This document shows positions 9,762 to 19,553 of a DNA stretch of 64,000 nt, in pieces; positions within the stretch are counted from its first letter, which is position 1, and every line of letters starts with the position of its first letter. A program made the position numbers and the translations under genes. The stretch is from contig OY969763.1 of assembly GCA_963702845.1 (NCBI GenBank), forward strand, positions 1,408,001-1,472,000, written 5' to 3'. Source of the DNA: an uncultured Verrucomicrobiae bacterium (lineage in GTDB: Bacteria; Verrucomicrobiota; Verrucomicrobiia; Limisphaerales; Palsa-1400). The notes under the pieces were generated by a model. It saw only the letters and a list, made by a program, of their open reading frames with translations, did not search any database and was not told the DNA's origin.

Positions 9762-10814
9762 TCACTGCGAGCGCAAACGATAAAATCGGATCGGCGTTGT
9801 TGGCATAGTCGACTCACCGAAATACACCGAATTCGAATTCACAACGTTGGTTGCAACGGGAACCCAGTCCGTCAAATTCTGTGAAGCATCGATGACTACC
9901 TGTTCACTATTCGTGCCCAGGATCGTGAAGCCAAAGTGATTCGAACTGTATTCAAAATGTCCATCAGACAACAGCACCTTGGCAGGGCCAAATGGAAATT
10001 GCTCTTCGACGAACCAGTTTGATTGATTTCCACTGGCGACGTAACCACGAGCTCGAATGACACCGGTTGTTTGAGAAATACCAGCCAACTGCCACCCGCC
10101 GACAATAGGTTGCGCTTCACCCAAATCAGTCCAATTCAGGCCATCTGGTGAATACGAAAAGTGCACGCGCCAAAACTCAGGCCCTGGCCCGCCGCGCAAC
10201 CAGGTTATCGTCGATCCACCAACCGAAAAACTCTGCATAGGCGCGAGAAACTGTATCAACCTGCCCACCCGCCAGCGCGAAGCTCCACCCAAATGCGCGA
10301 ATGTACCCGTCAAGACAATGTTGCCAAACCGGTCAACGGCAACGCCATTCACTGTACCGTCTGTTCCGATGTTGAAACCGGAGTCCACTGTGCCGTTGCT
10401 GTCGAGACGACCTATGCAAGATATGGACACCCCATTTAACGTTGAGAATCCTCCACCAACCAGAATTGCTCCATCGGACTGCAAGCAAATGGCGTTTACT
10501 GCTCCATTCGCTTGAGGAGCAAAAGCTGCGTCTAACGTTCCGTCTGAGTTCAAACGCGCGATACACTGTCGCACTTGGTTGCCAACTAAGCCAAATTGGC
10601 CGCCAACAAGAATCCGTCCATCAGGTTGAACGACAGCGCAGTAAACCGAATTATCAATGGCTACATTGAAATTCGGATCAATGTCACCCGCACTATTAAG
10701 TCGGACGAGCTTCGATCGCGCCACGCCGTTAACAGCCGCAAAATCGCCGCCAATAATGATTGAACCATCCCGTTGCAACGCGATGCACCGAACACCTCCG
10801 CCCGTCAAGTCCAA
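9762..10814 (-). CDS. Delta-60-repeat beta-propeller protein, apparently 5'-truncated
   Basis: Repeats such as VQPDGRILVGGQF...IARLNSDGTLDAAF; ORF begins mid-repeat, no signal peptide, in-frame TGA just upstream. Confidence 0.75.
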   Translation of the reverse strand: MDLTGGGVRCIALQRDGSIIIGGDFAAVNGVARSKLVRLNSAGDIDPNFNVAIDNSVYCAVVQPDGRILVGGQFGLVGNQVRQCIARLNSDGTLDAAFAPQANGAVNAICLQSDGAILVGGGFSTLNGVSISCIGRLDSNGTVDSGFNIGTDGTVNGVAVDRFGNIVLTGTFAHLGGASRWRVGRLIQFLAPMQSFSVGGSTITWLRGGPGPEFWRVHFSYSPDGLNWTDLGEAQPIVGGWQLAGISQTTGVIRARGYVASGNQSNWFVEEQFPFGPAKVLLSDGHFEYSSNHFGFTILGTNSEQVVIDASQNLTDWVPVATNVVNSNSVYFGESTMPTTPIRFYRLRSQ

Positions 10815-11326
10815 CTCCCGGGTGTTTCCTATTCAAGGTCCTATCGCGCAAACCTCGGCCAACTCTTGACACGTAGCTACGTTATTCATAGTTAAGTAGT
10901 AGCCTGTTGTCGGCTGGCCTGCGGCAAAATTGGGTGCTGCTTTCACTGTGCATCTAAGCACCGCTTTGTTCTTTGAAAAGTTTGAGAAATGTCGGCAAAC
11001 ATCCATTTGTTTGCGAACCTTGTCCAAGTTGGTGTGCTCGTCGTAACCCATTCTGAGTTCAGCGTTGACACGCTGAATTCAGAGTTGGTTTCGGAGAGTT
11101 TCGGGTAGTTGCGGTTAAAAAGACCCCTTACACAGGCGACGTGGTCGGCCCTTTTAGCTTTAACGTCAGGGACTTTACCTCTGCGAAACATGCAAAAAAC
11201 ATGCGTTTTTCTGCGCGAATTTGCGGTAGGATTTCGCATCTTTCCGCAACATTTCCGCATACGTTCGTGAACTTCGCCGTGCGCGAAACAACCAACGGTA
11301 AGTTGACGGCTAGCAATGCCCAGTCG

Positions 11327-12079
11327 TTATCGGCGATTATGAAAACGCGCTCGCAGCACATGCAGAATAAACTGTGGATTGCCGATGATGTAGCGCTTCC
11401 AGAGATTACGTGGATCGGAGAAGAGGCGGTGCAACCATTGTAAACCGATGCGCCGCATCCATCCGGGCGCTTCCTTCATCGTGCCGGCGTAGATGCGGAT
11501 TGTTCCGGCGCCGATGCCCCAGACAATGGAGTTGGGGCAAATGGAAGCGGCGAGTTGGGCAGTGAGTTCGGTTCGAGGGGTGCCCATTCCCAGAAAGATG
11601 AAATTGGCATTCGCATGCTCGCGGAAAATTTTCTCGTAAGCTGCTTCAGCGAGGAATCCGGAGCTTGTGTGGATGATTTTGCAATGATTTTGCAATGTAT
11701 TGATATTGTGAGCCGCCGCTTCACACTCTGTGTCTGTCATGCCGATAAGGAGTGCGGTTGTGGTTGGCATGCGTGAGTCATTAAGAAACGCACGAAATGC
11801 TTCGGTCATGTTGCAACGTTCGTGGATGTTGCTCCCGAACAGGCGCGCGCCCCAAACGATACCTTTTCCATCGGCGGCGTTGATGCGGGCGTCGTTCAAG
11901 GTTTTGCAAAGCGCAGCATGTTTGGCCGCAAGGTTGTAAATGTGTGCGTTGACGCAAAGGATGGTTCTGGGCTGCTGGTGTTTATCACTGAGCAGAATCA
12001 GCAGTTCATCGAGTAATTGCGGAATGGTGTGCCGTGAGCAACTGATCTGGCCGACCGAAACTTTGGAGAGCGCTGCCAT
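11327..12079 (-). CDS. WecB/TagA/CpsF family (GT26) glycosyltransferase
   Basis: NAH, ADGKGIVWGARL, GMGTPRTE, APGWMRRIGLQWLHRL..DPRNLWKRY. Confidence 0.92.
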   Translation of the reverse strand: MAALSKVSVGQISCSRHTIPQLLDELLILLSDKHQQPRTILCVNAHIYNLAAKHAALCKTLNDARINAADGKGIVWGARLFGSNIHERCNMTEAFRAFLNDSRMPTTTALLIGMTDTECEAAAHNINTLQNHCKIIHTSSGFLAEAAYEKIFREHANANFIFLGMGTPRTELTAQLAASICPNSIVWGIGAGTIRIYAGTMKEAPGWMRRIGLQWLHRLFSDPRNLWKRYIIGNPQFILHVLRARFHNRR

Positions 12080-12165
12080 TATGACTAACGATAGACTGCG
12101 AAGTTGTGGAGGAAAACGCCACGCAAATAGTTGATGCCAGTTTGTCCGACCGCTATGGTCATCCG

Positions 12166-13248
12166 ATGAAATACATGCGCATTGCACTGGATGCTTGCAC
12201 CTTGGGAAGGAGGCGAACCGGGGATGAAACCTATGTGCGTGGTCTTCTTAAGGGGTTTGCTGAGTTGCAGCCGAAAAATTTAGCGCTTCATGTGATAACA
12301 ACATCCGCCTACAGCGGGCCGAAACTTGAAGGTTTCGAATGGCACCAGGTACCGGAATCGAATTTTTTCGTCCGCAATTTTTCCGGTGTTCCAAAGTTAT
12401 TATCGCAGGTCGGGGTGGACCTTTATCACGCTAATTATTGGGCCCGCTACTGGGACTCGTTGCCGAAGGTAGTCACGATTCATGATGTCGCGTTTGCTGC
12501 ATTTCCAAAGGGGTTTAAAAAGCATGAGGTGTTAATTTTTAACGCACTGTCGAAGCGTGTTGCACAAAAGGCGCGACACATTCTGACGGTGTCGGAGTTT
12601 TCGAAACAGGAAATTCACCGCTTTCTTCGAGTGCCATTGGAAAAGATAACAGTAACATATAATGCGTTGGATGACTGTTTTCGGCCTGCCGACAAAAAAA
12701 ATGCTGATGTCCCCTTCATTCTTTATGTCGGCAATTTGCACCCGCGAAAAAATCTCGTCCGATTGGTTGAAGCATTTGTAAAACTGAAGAGGGAGCATCG
12801 GACAGATTTGTCTTTGAAAATCGTAGGCCAAAAGGCGTGGCTCTACGGCGATATCTTCGAGAGCGTCAGAAAAAGCGGCTTGGAATCAAGCGTGCATTTT
12901 ACCGGATACGTTTCGCAAGACGAATTGGTGCAAACGTATCAAAATGCAACGGTGATGGTTTATCCGTCCTTGTATGAAGGTTTTGGACTTCCGGTTCTGG
13001 AGGCGATGGGTTGCGGCGTTCCGGTTGTGACATCGAAATCGACGTCGTTGGTAGAGGTGGCCCAGAATGCTGCGGAGCTAGTGGATCCAACTTCAGCGGA
13101 TTCGATTTGTGAAGGTATTTGGAATGTAATTTCTTCTGAGCGGCGGCGGCAGGAATTGCGGGCGAGGGGATTGATTCGCGCCCAGCAATTCAATTGGCAA
13201 ACGACGGCGGAAAAAACTCTTCGGGTGTACGAGGCTGTGCTTCAATAG
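12166..13248 (+). CDS. GT4 glycosyltransferase
   Basis: VVTIHD, VGNLHPRKN, PSLYEGFGLPVLEAM. Confidence 0.95.
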   Translation: MKYMRIALDACTLGRRRTGDETYVRGLLKGFAELQPKNLALHVITTSAYSGPKLEGFEWHQVPESNFFVRNFSGVPKLLSQVGVDLYHANYWARYWDSLPKVVTIHDVAFAAFPKGFKKHEVLIFNALSKRVAQKARHILTVSEFSKQEIHRFLRVPLEKITVTYNALDDCFRPADKKNADVPFILYVGNLHPRKNLVRLVEAFVKLKREHRTDLSLKIVGQKAWLYGDIFESVRKSGLESSVHFTGYVSQDELVQTYQNATVMVYPSLYEGFGLPVLEAMGCGVPVVTSKSTSLVEVAQNAAELVDPTSADSICEGIWNVISSERRRQELRARGLIRAQQFNWQTTAEKTLRVYEAVLQ

Positions 13249-13251
13249 CGA

Positions 13252-14064
13252 CTATCGTTTCTTTGCAATTATGATGTCTTGAAAGCTCAAGTATTTGGCG
13301 CGCCCACACCAACTTCCATATTGAATCGGCTCGATGATGGCGCAGTCGTGTTTATCGTAGACTTGTCGCACGAATGATTCGCTAAGTGCGGTCGTATCTT
13401 CTGGGTCAGAAAGTTTTTCGACGCGATAATGTTCGCTTTTGTGCGGTAACTTAAATTCGCCTTTGCCCACATCAATCAAAGACTCTGACTGACTATTGAG
13501 CAGCAAATAAGTTATCATCGACCGGCCACCTGGTTTGAGGACGCGTGAAATCTCAGACATGTAGTGATCAACGGCGTCGGGGAGCATGTGCGTAAACACG
13601 GATCCGAGCACCACGAAGTCGAACTTGCGATCTGGAAACGGAAAACGAAATTCCGTAGCCTGAAACTTACCAAATGGATTGTAGTGTCGATTGAACACAT
13701 CGATGTGCTGGAAGTGGAAGTTGGGGAAACGACTGCCGATGTGAGAACTGCACCATTCAACTCCTGACTTTACGATGTCGATTCCTTCGTAGCGGCCATT
13801 ACTCGAGAGATATGACGTCAGCGGGAGTGTTTTGCGTCCCATTCCGGAGCCCATATCCAGAACGGTATCGTCTGGTTTCAGACCGCCAAGTTCAGTGAAA
13901 TATTTGAAGAATTCCTCGCCATTCTGTTTAAATATCGCTGCTCCACGTGGCCCGTCGTACATCTCTCGCAGCGGCGGTATGAGTGGGTCCTGGGTGCCGG
14001 TCACTTTGCGAGTAAAATCGATTGCACCCAACAGAAGTTCTTTGTACCAGACCGGATTCGACAT
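13252..14064 (-). CDS. Class I SAM-dependent methyltransferase
   Basis: VLDMGSGMGR motif I; FDFVVLGSVFTHM; RVLKPGG. Confidence 0.9.
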   Translation of the reverse strand: MSNPVWYKELLLGAIDFTRKVTGTQDPLIPPLREMYDGPRGAAIFKQNGEEFFKYFTELGGLKPDDTVLDMGSGMGRKTLPLTSYLSSNGRYEGIDIVKSGVEWCSSHIGSRFPNFHFQHIDVFNRHYNPFGKFQATEFRFPFPDRKFDFVVLGSVFTHMLPDAVDHYMSEISRVLKPGGRSMITYLLLNSQSESLIDVGKGEFKLPHKSEHYRVEKLSDPEDTTALSESFVRQVYDKHDCAIIEPIQYGSWCGRAKYLSFQDIIIAKKR

Positions 14065-14142
14065 GCCGCAAACGTAGGAGACGAGTGTTGATATGAGAAG
14101 AACATTCTCCTCGTGGACGATTGATACCACGGCACCGTAAAC

Positions 14143-14186
14143 TTGCTGTAACGAGCTTCACCGCCTACAATGTCGCCCTTTAGGAG
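14143..14186 (+). promoter_or_regulatory. sigma70 promoter and SD for the GT2-GT4-wzy-GT4 unit
   Basis: TTGCTG-N17-TACAAT, then AGGAG 6 nt before ATG 14193. Confidence 0.55.
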
Positions 14187-14192
14187 AATTGA

Positions 14193-15014
14193 ATGGCGAG
14201 TAGTCTATTTACGATCATAACACCGGCTTTGAATTGCCGGGAATTGTTGCCGCGGAACATCGCGTCCGTGCGCGCGCAGCGTTTAACGAATCAAATCGAG
14301 CATTGGGTTATTGACGGGGGATCCAAAGACGGCACGGTTGAATTTTTACAGACGCAGCCAGACGTTCGCTTCATTTCAGAAAAAGACAACGGACTTTCAA
14401 ACGCGGTGAATAAAGGGATTCAGCGAGCAACTGGCGAATGGATTATTTGGCTGAATGCTGACGATGAACTGGCAGTGAATGCGTTGAGCGAGTTTTTAAA
14501 GTTGGTTCGGCAATTTCCGAACACGTATGTTTTTAGCGGCTCGCAAAAGTTGTTCGGTTATGATGGGTCTTTGGAACGCATCAGCGAAGGGTGGGACTAC
14601 AATTTGAAGGATCTGCTCGGCAGGCGCCCCGCAATCGTCCAGGCGTCTACGTTTGTGCATCGGCTTGTGTATGAGAAGGTTGGCCTTTTGGATGAGAGCT
14701 GTCGGTATGCGATGGATTACGAGTGGACGGTCCGTGCGATGCATCATTTCCGTTGCCAGCCTTTGCCAATTGTGCTGACGCATTATCATCGGCGGCCAGG
14801 CTCAATCACCGATGCAGGGATGCCGAATTCCTTTCACGAGATTTTGCGAGTTCGCCGCAAATACGGTAAAAGTCGAGTCGAATTGGCGGAATGGCGGTTT
14901 CGTTTTTATATCTGGACGGAGCCTCTGCGCCGAGTTATCTGGTTGCGACGCGCGGTGCGCGCGATCAAAGGTTGGTTCGGCCAAAAACCCTTGCACCCGA
15001 TTCCCGGCGCGTGA
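14193..15014 (+). CDS. GT2 glycosyltransferase (WcaE-like)
   Basis: IDGGSKDGT, SEKDNG..NAVNKG, WLNADD, YAMDYE. Confidence 0.93.
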   Translation: MASSLFTIITPALNCRELLPRNIASVRAQRLTNQIEHWVIDGGSKDGTVEFLQTQPDVRFISEKDNGLSNAVNKGIQRATGEWIIWLNADDELAVNALSEFLKLVRQFPNTYVFSGSQKLFGYDGSLERISEGWDYNLKDLLGRRPAIVQASTFVHRLVYEKVGLLDESCRYAMDYEWTVRAMHHFRCQPLPIVLTHYHRRPGSITDAGMPNSFHEILRVRRKYGKSRVELAEWRFRFYIWTEPLRRVIWLRRAVRAIKGWFGQKPLHPIPGA

Positions 15015-16099
15015 TGGATGCCAGTCGATTGAAACGAATAACCATTCTGCACGTCGTCGGCGGCTTGGACGCTACTGGTGGACTGATGTATGTGGCGACG
15101 GAATTGGCGGGGGGCGCGGCGGACGGTCTTAGGAGTTTTGTATGGAAACACCGCGAGTTTAAACCAACACTCAATCGGGATTTATTCGTATGTCGTGGAA
15201 ACGCACTGCGAACTGACCAGAGCATTGCCGCCGACGTGCTGGGCGCTCTCAAGGAGTTGCCAACACTGCTGCGTTGGATTCGGGGTGAAGAGAATGTTGT
15301 TCTCCATGCACATACTCGGGTGGGGACGATTTCGTCAGCTATTGCGAGCAAGATTACCGGCTGTCCGTTGGTCGTGCATTTTCATTATTTGTGTCGGTAT
15401 AAATGGTTTTATCGACTGTTGTTAAAATGGACTGGTGCGCATGCAGTGTTCACTTCAACTAAAACGTGTCGGCATTTTGGATTTGATCCTGCGCAAACCG
15501 TGGTGATGCCGTGTATTCCGTGGCCGAAGAAGTCCGCTGCCGCAGGTCGAAGAAGGCGTTTCGTTGCCGCAGCGTCGTTTGTTTCCTGGAAGAATCTTCA
15601 TTTGATTATTCAGGCATTCAATCAGTTGAACTTTGGTGGCAAGGAAACGGATCTGGTTTTATTTGGGAGGTCCGATCGACCGTTTCGTAAAGAAGAGCAG
15701 GAGCAGATCGTTTCGCTGGCGCGGACCAATCTTGCAATCGAAGTCAGAGACCACGATCTCCGATGGATGGATGAATTGACGGCAAATGATGTCTTCGTTC
15801 ACGCCGCAGACCAAGAACCGTTCGGAATAGTGATCCTGGAAGCGTTTTCAAGAGGGTGCCGCTGTGTCGTGCCGTCGGGAACATTCCTCGACGATTTACC
15901 TGAACCTGCCCGTTCCCATGGAATTTGGCGCGTAAACCCGATGACAGTGTCGAATTTGGCACAGCAGATGTCGGCTGCAATGTCATCGCCGCAAGATGCA
16001 GAGGAACTCTGGCGACTGCGGAACGCGGCAGCCGTGGGGTTTTCATTGGAAAACGCGGTATTAAAACTTTCGACAGTGTACAGAAGTATGCTACACTAA
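15014..16099 (+). CDS. GT4-type glycosyltransferase
   Basis: ILHVVG, LHAH, EPFGIVILEAF; TGATG overlap with the upstream gene. Confidence 0.85.
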   Translation: MDASRLKRITILHVVGGLDATGGLMYVATELAGGAADGLRSFVWKHREFKPTLNRDLFVCRGNALRTDQSIAADVLGALKELPTLLRWIRGEENVVLHAHTRVGTISSAIASKITGCPLVVHFHYLCRYKWFYRLLLKWTGAHAVFTSTKTCRHFGFDPAQTVVMPCIPWPKKSAAAGRRRRFVAAASFVSWKNLHLIIQAFNQLNFGGKETDLVLFGRSDRPFRKEEQEQIVSLARTNLAIEVRDHDLRWMDELTANDVFVHAADQEPFGIVILEAFSRGCRCVVPSGTFLDDLPEPARSHGIWRVNPMTVSNLAQQMSAAMSSPQDAEELWRLRNAAAVGFSLENAVLKLSTVYRSMLH

Positions 16100-16115
16100 G
16101 CCCTAATTTTGGAGA

Positions 16116-17606
16116 ATGACCCCGAGCCTCGTTAAAAACTTTATCGTCCTTTGCATCTGCGCGTTGATCGCACTGGTATTTGGTTTTGCAATTTCTGTGC
16201 AAAGCTATGAGCTGCTTGTCCTGCCGGTAATTCTTGCACTATTTGCCGCGACGATCGTTGTGCCTGGCTACAGTTTTCTTCTGGCGTTCGGGTTGACATG
16301 CCCGTTTATCTTGCCGCTGCCGTTTGTGTGGGGCCTGCCGATGTTGCTTTTCATCCTTGGATTGTGCGGCTTGAAGTACATTCTTCGACGCGCGCTGCGG
16401 CATGAGCAACTGGCGATCAACTACAGCTTGCCTGTCGCGCTTTTTTTTGCCTGGGTCGTAGCGCGTTATATCGTGGATCCGGTGAAACCGGGTATGGCTC
16501 TGGGTCTGAGCGAAGGTGTCACAGGATTTCGCGCGTACGTGAACTATGCAATATGCGCAGCGGTATTTTTATTTGTGGGACTCTTTAAGACTGACCGGGA
16601 AATCGCCAAGCTGTTGCGTTGGATGTACGGACTGTCGGCGGTGCTGATATTAATTTTCCTTCCGCTCGTTTTTACGAAAAGCCTTTGGATCGCTAATCTT
16701 CTGAGTAATTTAGGGATTTTTGTGACGTTTTTCGACAATGGGTGGTTGCGCTTCGTGGTTCTGCCTGATTTCGGCCTGATGGTCATTTTTGCGGCGTTGC
16801 TACCCAATTTATTTAATGTGCGTTCATTCTGGCGTGCCGTGTCGATCGTAGTTGGAATCGCAGCGGTTGCGATGGGTGGAAACCGCAGCTCTCTAGTGAT
16901 GCTCTTTGCTGTTGCGGTCATTTTTGGATTTGTGCGTTATCGCACGGCAGGATTGGTGGCGACCCTTGCGGGGGTGGGTCTTTGCTTGGCGGTTATGTTT
17001 TATATCGGTGAAACCGAGCCGAATATTGATCCTGCTTTATATCGTTTGACGGCGTTAGTGAGTCCGCGCGCTGCACGCCTCACCGAGGCCGAGCAAACAA
17101 TCGAATGGCGAAAGGTGCGTTGGGACCGCGCCATCCAAGATATCCGAGATCATCCGTGGATCGGAATGAGTTATGGCGGCCTTGAGAACGCGTTTGTATT
17201 CGCCAACGGAGCAGATTACGAACGTGCCCGTGAGGACATCGATGTTGCTTCTGGCACGATTCACAATGGATATTTGGCAAATGCTCGAGCACTTGGAATT
17301 CCTTCGCTGCTATTATTTTTGGGTATTTTCGCGTCGCAGCTTGTTGTGCAAATGAAGCAGGCACTAAAGTGGAGGAACCAGGATCCATTTAGAAGCGAGT
17401 TGCATGTGTTTATCTGGATGAATCTAATCTGTCTTGCGCTTCACATCTATATCGGTATTGACCTGAATACTCCGCAATTGTGGTTCTTTTTGGGATTGGG
17501 TGCTTTGCTGCAGAACTTGAGTAAACAATCAATGCAATCCCAAGCTGACGTGCTCCGATCGCCGCCGAACCACACGGTTGCACCGGGTCCGTTTGCGCTT
17601 GCTTGA
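16116..17606 (+). CDS. O-antigen ligase/Wzy-like polysaccharide polymerase
   Basis: Polytopic membrane protein with GGNRSS, R..RWDRAI...HPWIG and HNGYL motifs. Confidence 0.82.
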   Translation: MTPSLVKNFIVLCICALIALVFGFAISVQSYELLVLPVILALFAATIVVPGYSFLLAFGLTCPFILPLPFVWGLPMLLFILGLCGLKYILRRALRHEQLAINYSLPVALFFAWVVARYIVDPVKPGMALGLSEGVTGFRAYVNYAICAAVFLFVGLFKTDREIAKLLRWMYGLSAVLILIFLPLVFTKSLWIANLLSNLGIFVTFFDNGWLRFVVLPDFGLMVIFAALLPNLFNVRSFWRAVSIVVGIAAVAMGGNRSSLVMLFAVAVIFGFVRYRTAGLVATLAGVGLCLAVMFYIGETEPNIDPALYRLTALVSPRAARLTEAEQTIEWRKVRWDRAIQDIRDHPWIGMSYGGLENAFVFANGADYERAREDIDVASGTIHNGYLANARALGIPSLLLFLGIFASQLVVQMKQALKWRNQDPFRSELHVFIWMNLICLALHIYIGIDLNTPQLWFFLGLGALLQNLSKQSMQSQADVLRSPPNHTVAPGPFALA

Positions 17607-17640
17607 TGACTGTGTTTCCTAACTATGCAGACCCCGGCGG

Positions 17641-18790
17641 ATGAAGATCAGTTTTGTCACAGAGTACAGATTCTAGCGACGTTCGAAATTGGTCGGGCAT
17701 ACCATATCATATGCAATTGGCGCTGAGCCGTTCTGGCGCTGATGTCGAATTGATCGGATCATTGCAGACGCCGAATTACTGGCCGTTACGGTTGAAGCAG
17801 ATTGCTACGCGCATTTTCGCTGGTAAGCGGTACATGCGAGAGATTTCACCGAGGGTTTTACAGTCGGACGCTTCGCAAATTGCGACACGGCTTGAGGGTA
17901 ATTCATCTAACCTGGTATTTAGTCCCGGTAGCCGAGCTGTTGCCCACCTTGATCGGAAGGAGCCAATCGTGTTTTGGACTGATGCAACGTTTGCCGCGAT
18001 GGTGGACTTCTACCCTTCATTTAGCAACCTTTCCCAGGAATCGATCCGAGACGGAAATGCGGCTGAGCAGGCAGCGCTCGACCGGTGCAAGTTGGCGATC
18101 TATTCGTCTGAATGGGCTGCTGAATCGGCGCGGCGGCATTACAGGGTCGAGGCATCTAAAGTCAAGGTGGTGCCCTTCGGTGCAAACGTTCACTGTGGTC
18201 GGACGGTGAAAGAAATTACCTCCATCGTAGAGTCGAGGCCGCGCGATTCGTGTAATTTGCTGTTCGTCGGAGTGGAGTGGCACCGCAAGGGCGGTGATGT
18301 AGCCGTTGCAATTGCCGAAGCGTTGAAGACGGGAGGTTTGCCAACGCAACTCACGCTGCTTGGCTGTGAACCGCCGAAATATATGCAATTGCCGGAATGC
18401 GTGCACGTGGCCGGTTTTATTTCGAAAACAACGATTGAAGGTCGTGCGGAAATTGAACGGTTGTTTCGATGGGCACATTTTTTAATCCTGCCTGCGAGGG
18501 CCGATTGCACGCCGATGGTTGTTGCTGAAGCTAATTCCTTTGGAACTCCTGCCGTTGCAACAAATGTTGGTGGCATATCCAGCATCATTAGGGACGAGGT
18601 CAACGGAAGGACGTTTGCGCTTGAGGACGATATCAGTGCCTATTGTCACTGGATTCGTGCAACGATTCAGAATCCAAACCGTTATATGAACATGGCTCTG
18701 TCCTCATTTAACGAGTACCTTACTCGTTTGAACTGGGATGTTGGGGTGAAACGGGTCATTCAGTTGCTGAATGAGGTAATTCAAAGGTGA
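17641..18790 (+). CDS. GT4 glycosyltransferase (frameshift near 17668)
   Basis: MKISFVTEY from ATG 17641 joins DSSDVRNWSG... in another frame; GVEWHRKGG, EANSFGTP. Confidence 0.85.
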
Positions 18791-18809
18791 TACCGAAATT
18801 TTGCTGGAA

Positions 18810-19553
18810 TCATTCGCGCAGGAAAATGGCGTCCGCTTGGAGGATGCGGCCGTCGGATGGGTGGCGAATCTGATCGAATACGCCTCGGAAAGCGAATCTT
18901 CGACTGCGAAGGTGATCGTAGATTTGTGGGAACAAGACCTGCCCTTCATAGAGCGGTTCAAATGATGTTTCGATGATAAGCGCTTTGGCGCGGCTGACGG
19001 TTTGTTGGCCACCGTCGAGGACTTTGCTTTCGTAACCCTGAACGTCAATTTTGATCAAGAGCGGATCGGAAAACTCCAATCGTTGAGTCACATCATCCAG
19101 CCGCTCCATTTGAACCTTGATTGTTTGTGTCTGCGCGGAATGCGGAAATGCTTTTCGGTGAAGGTCGGCCATTCGCAATAAGGATGATGAGTCGATTGCT
19201 GTTGATTGTTGAAACTCAACTTCTCCGCGTTTTTCGCCGATGGCGCAGTTAATCGCTTGGCAGTCGGTCAGCCCCGAGAGGGTTTGCTGCAATTGTACGA
19301 ATGAGGCTGGAATGGGCTCGAATGCAAATATTTTTATACCGGGCCACGCAACGTGTGCGGCACGGCTGAATTCGCCGACGGCGGCGCCGATATCAAGCAA
19401 TGTGGCGAACTTCGCGTCTCGCAGCCAGCCGAGGTTGATTTTTTCGAAGAGTTCCAGAGGCACGCCTTTTCTGCGGACACGAAGCAGCGATGGGTTTTCA
19501 ATTACTCGAGCCAGACTTCTCAGTTTGTAAACAAAAAAGGGAACGGCACTCAT
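18810..19553 (-). CDS. FkbM family methyltransferase
   Basis: LDIGAAVG, FAFEP, IKIDVQGYE..VLDG; ATGA overlap with the wzx stop. Confidence 0.92.
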   Translation of the reverse strand: MSAVPFFVYKLRSLARVIENPSLLRVRRKGVPLELFEKINLGWLRDAKFATLLDIGAAVGEFSRAAHVAWPGIKIFAFEPIPASFVQLQQTLSGLTDCQAINCAIGEKRGEVEFQQSTAIDSSSLLRMADLHRKAFPHSAQTQTIKVQMERLDDVTQRLEFSDPLLIKIDVQGYESKVLDGGQQTVSRAKALIIETSFEPLYEGQVLFPQIYDHLRSRRFAFRGVFDQIRHPSDGRILQADAIFLRE

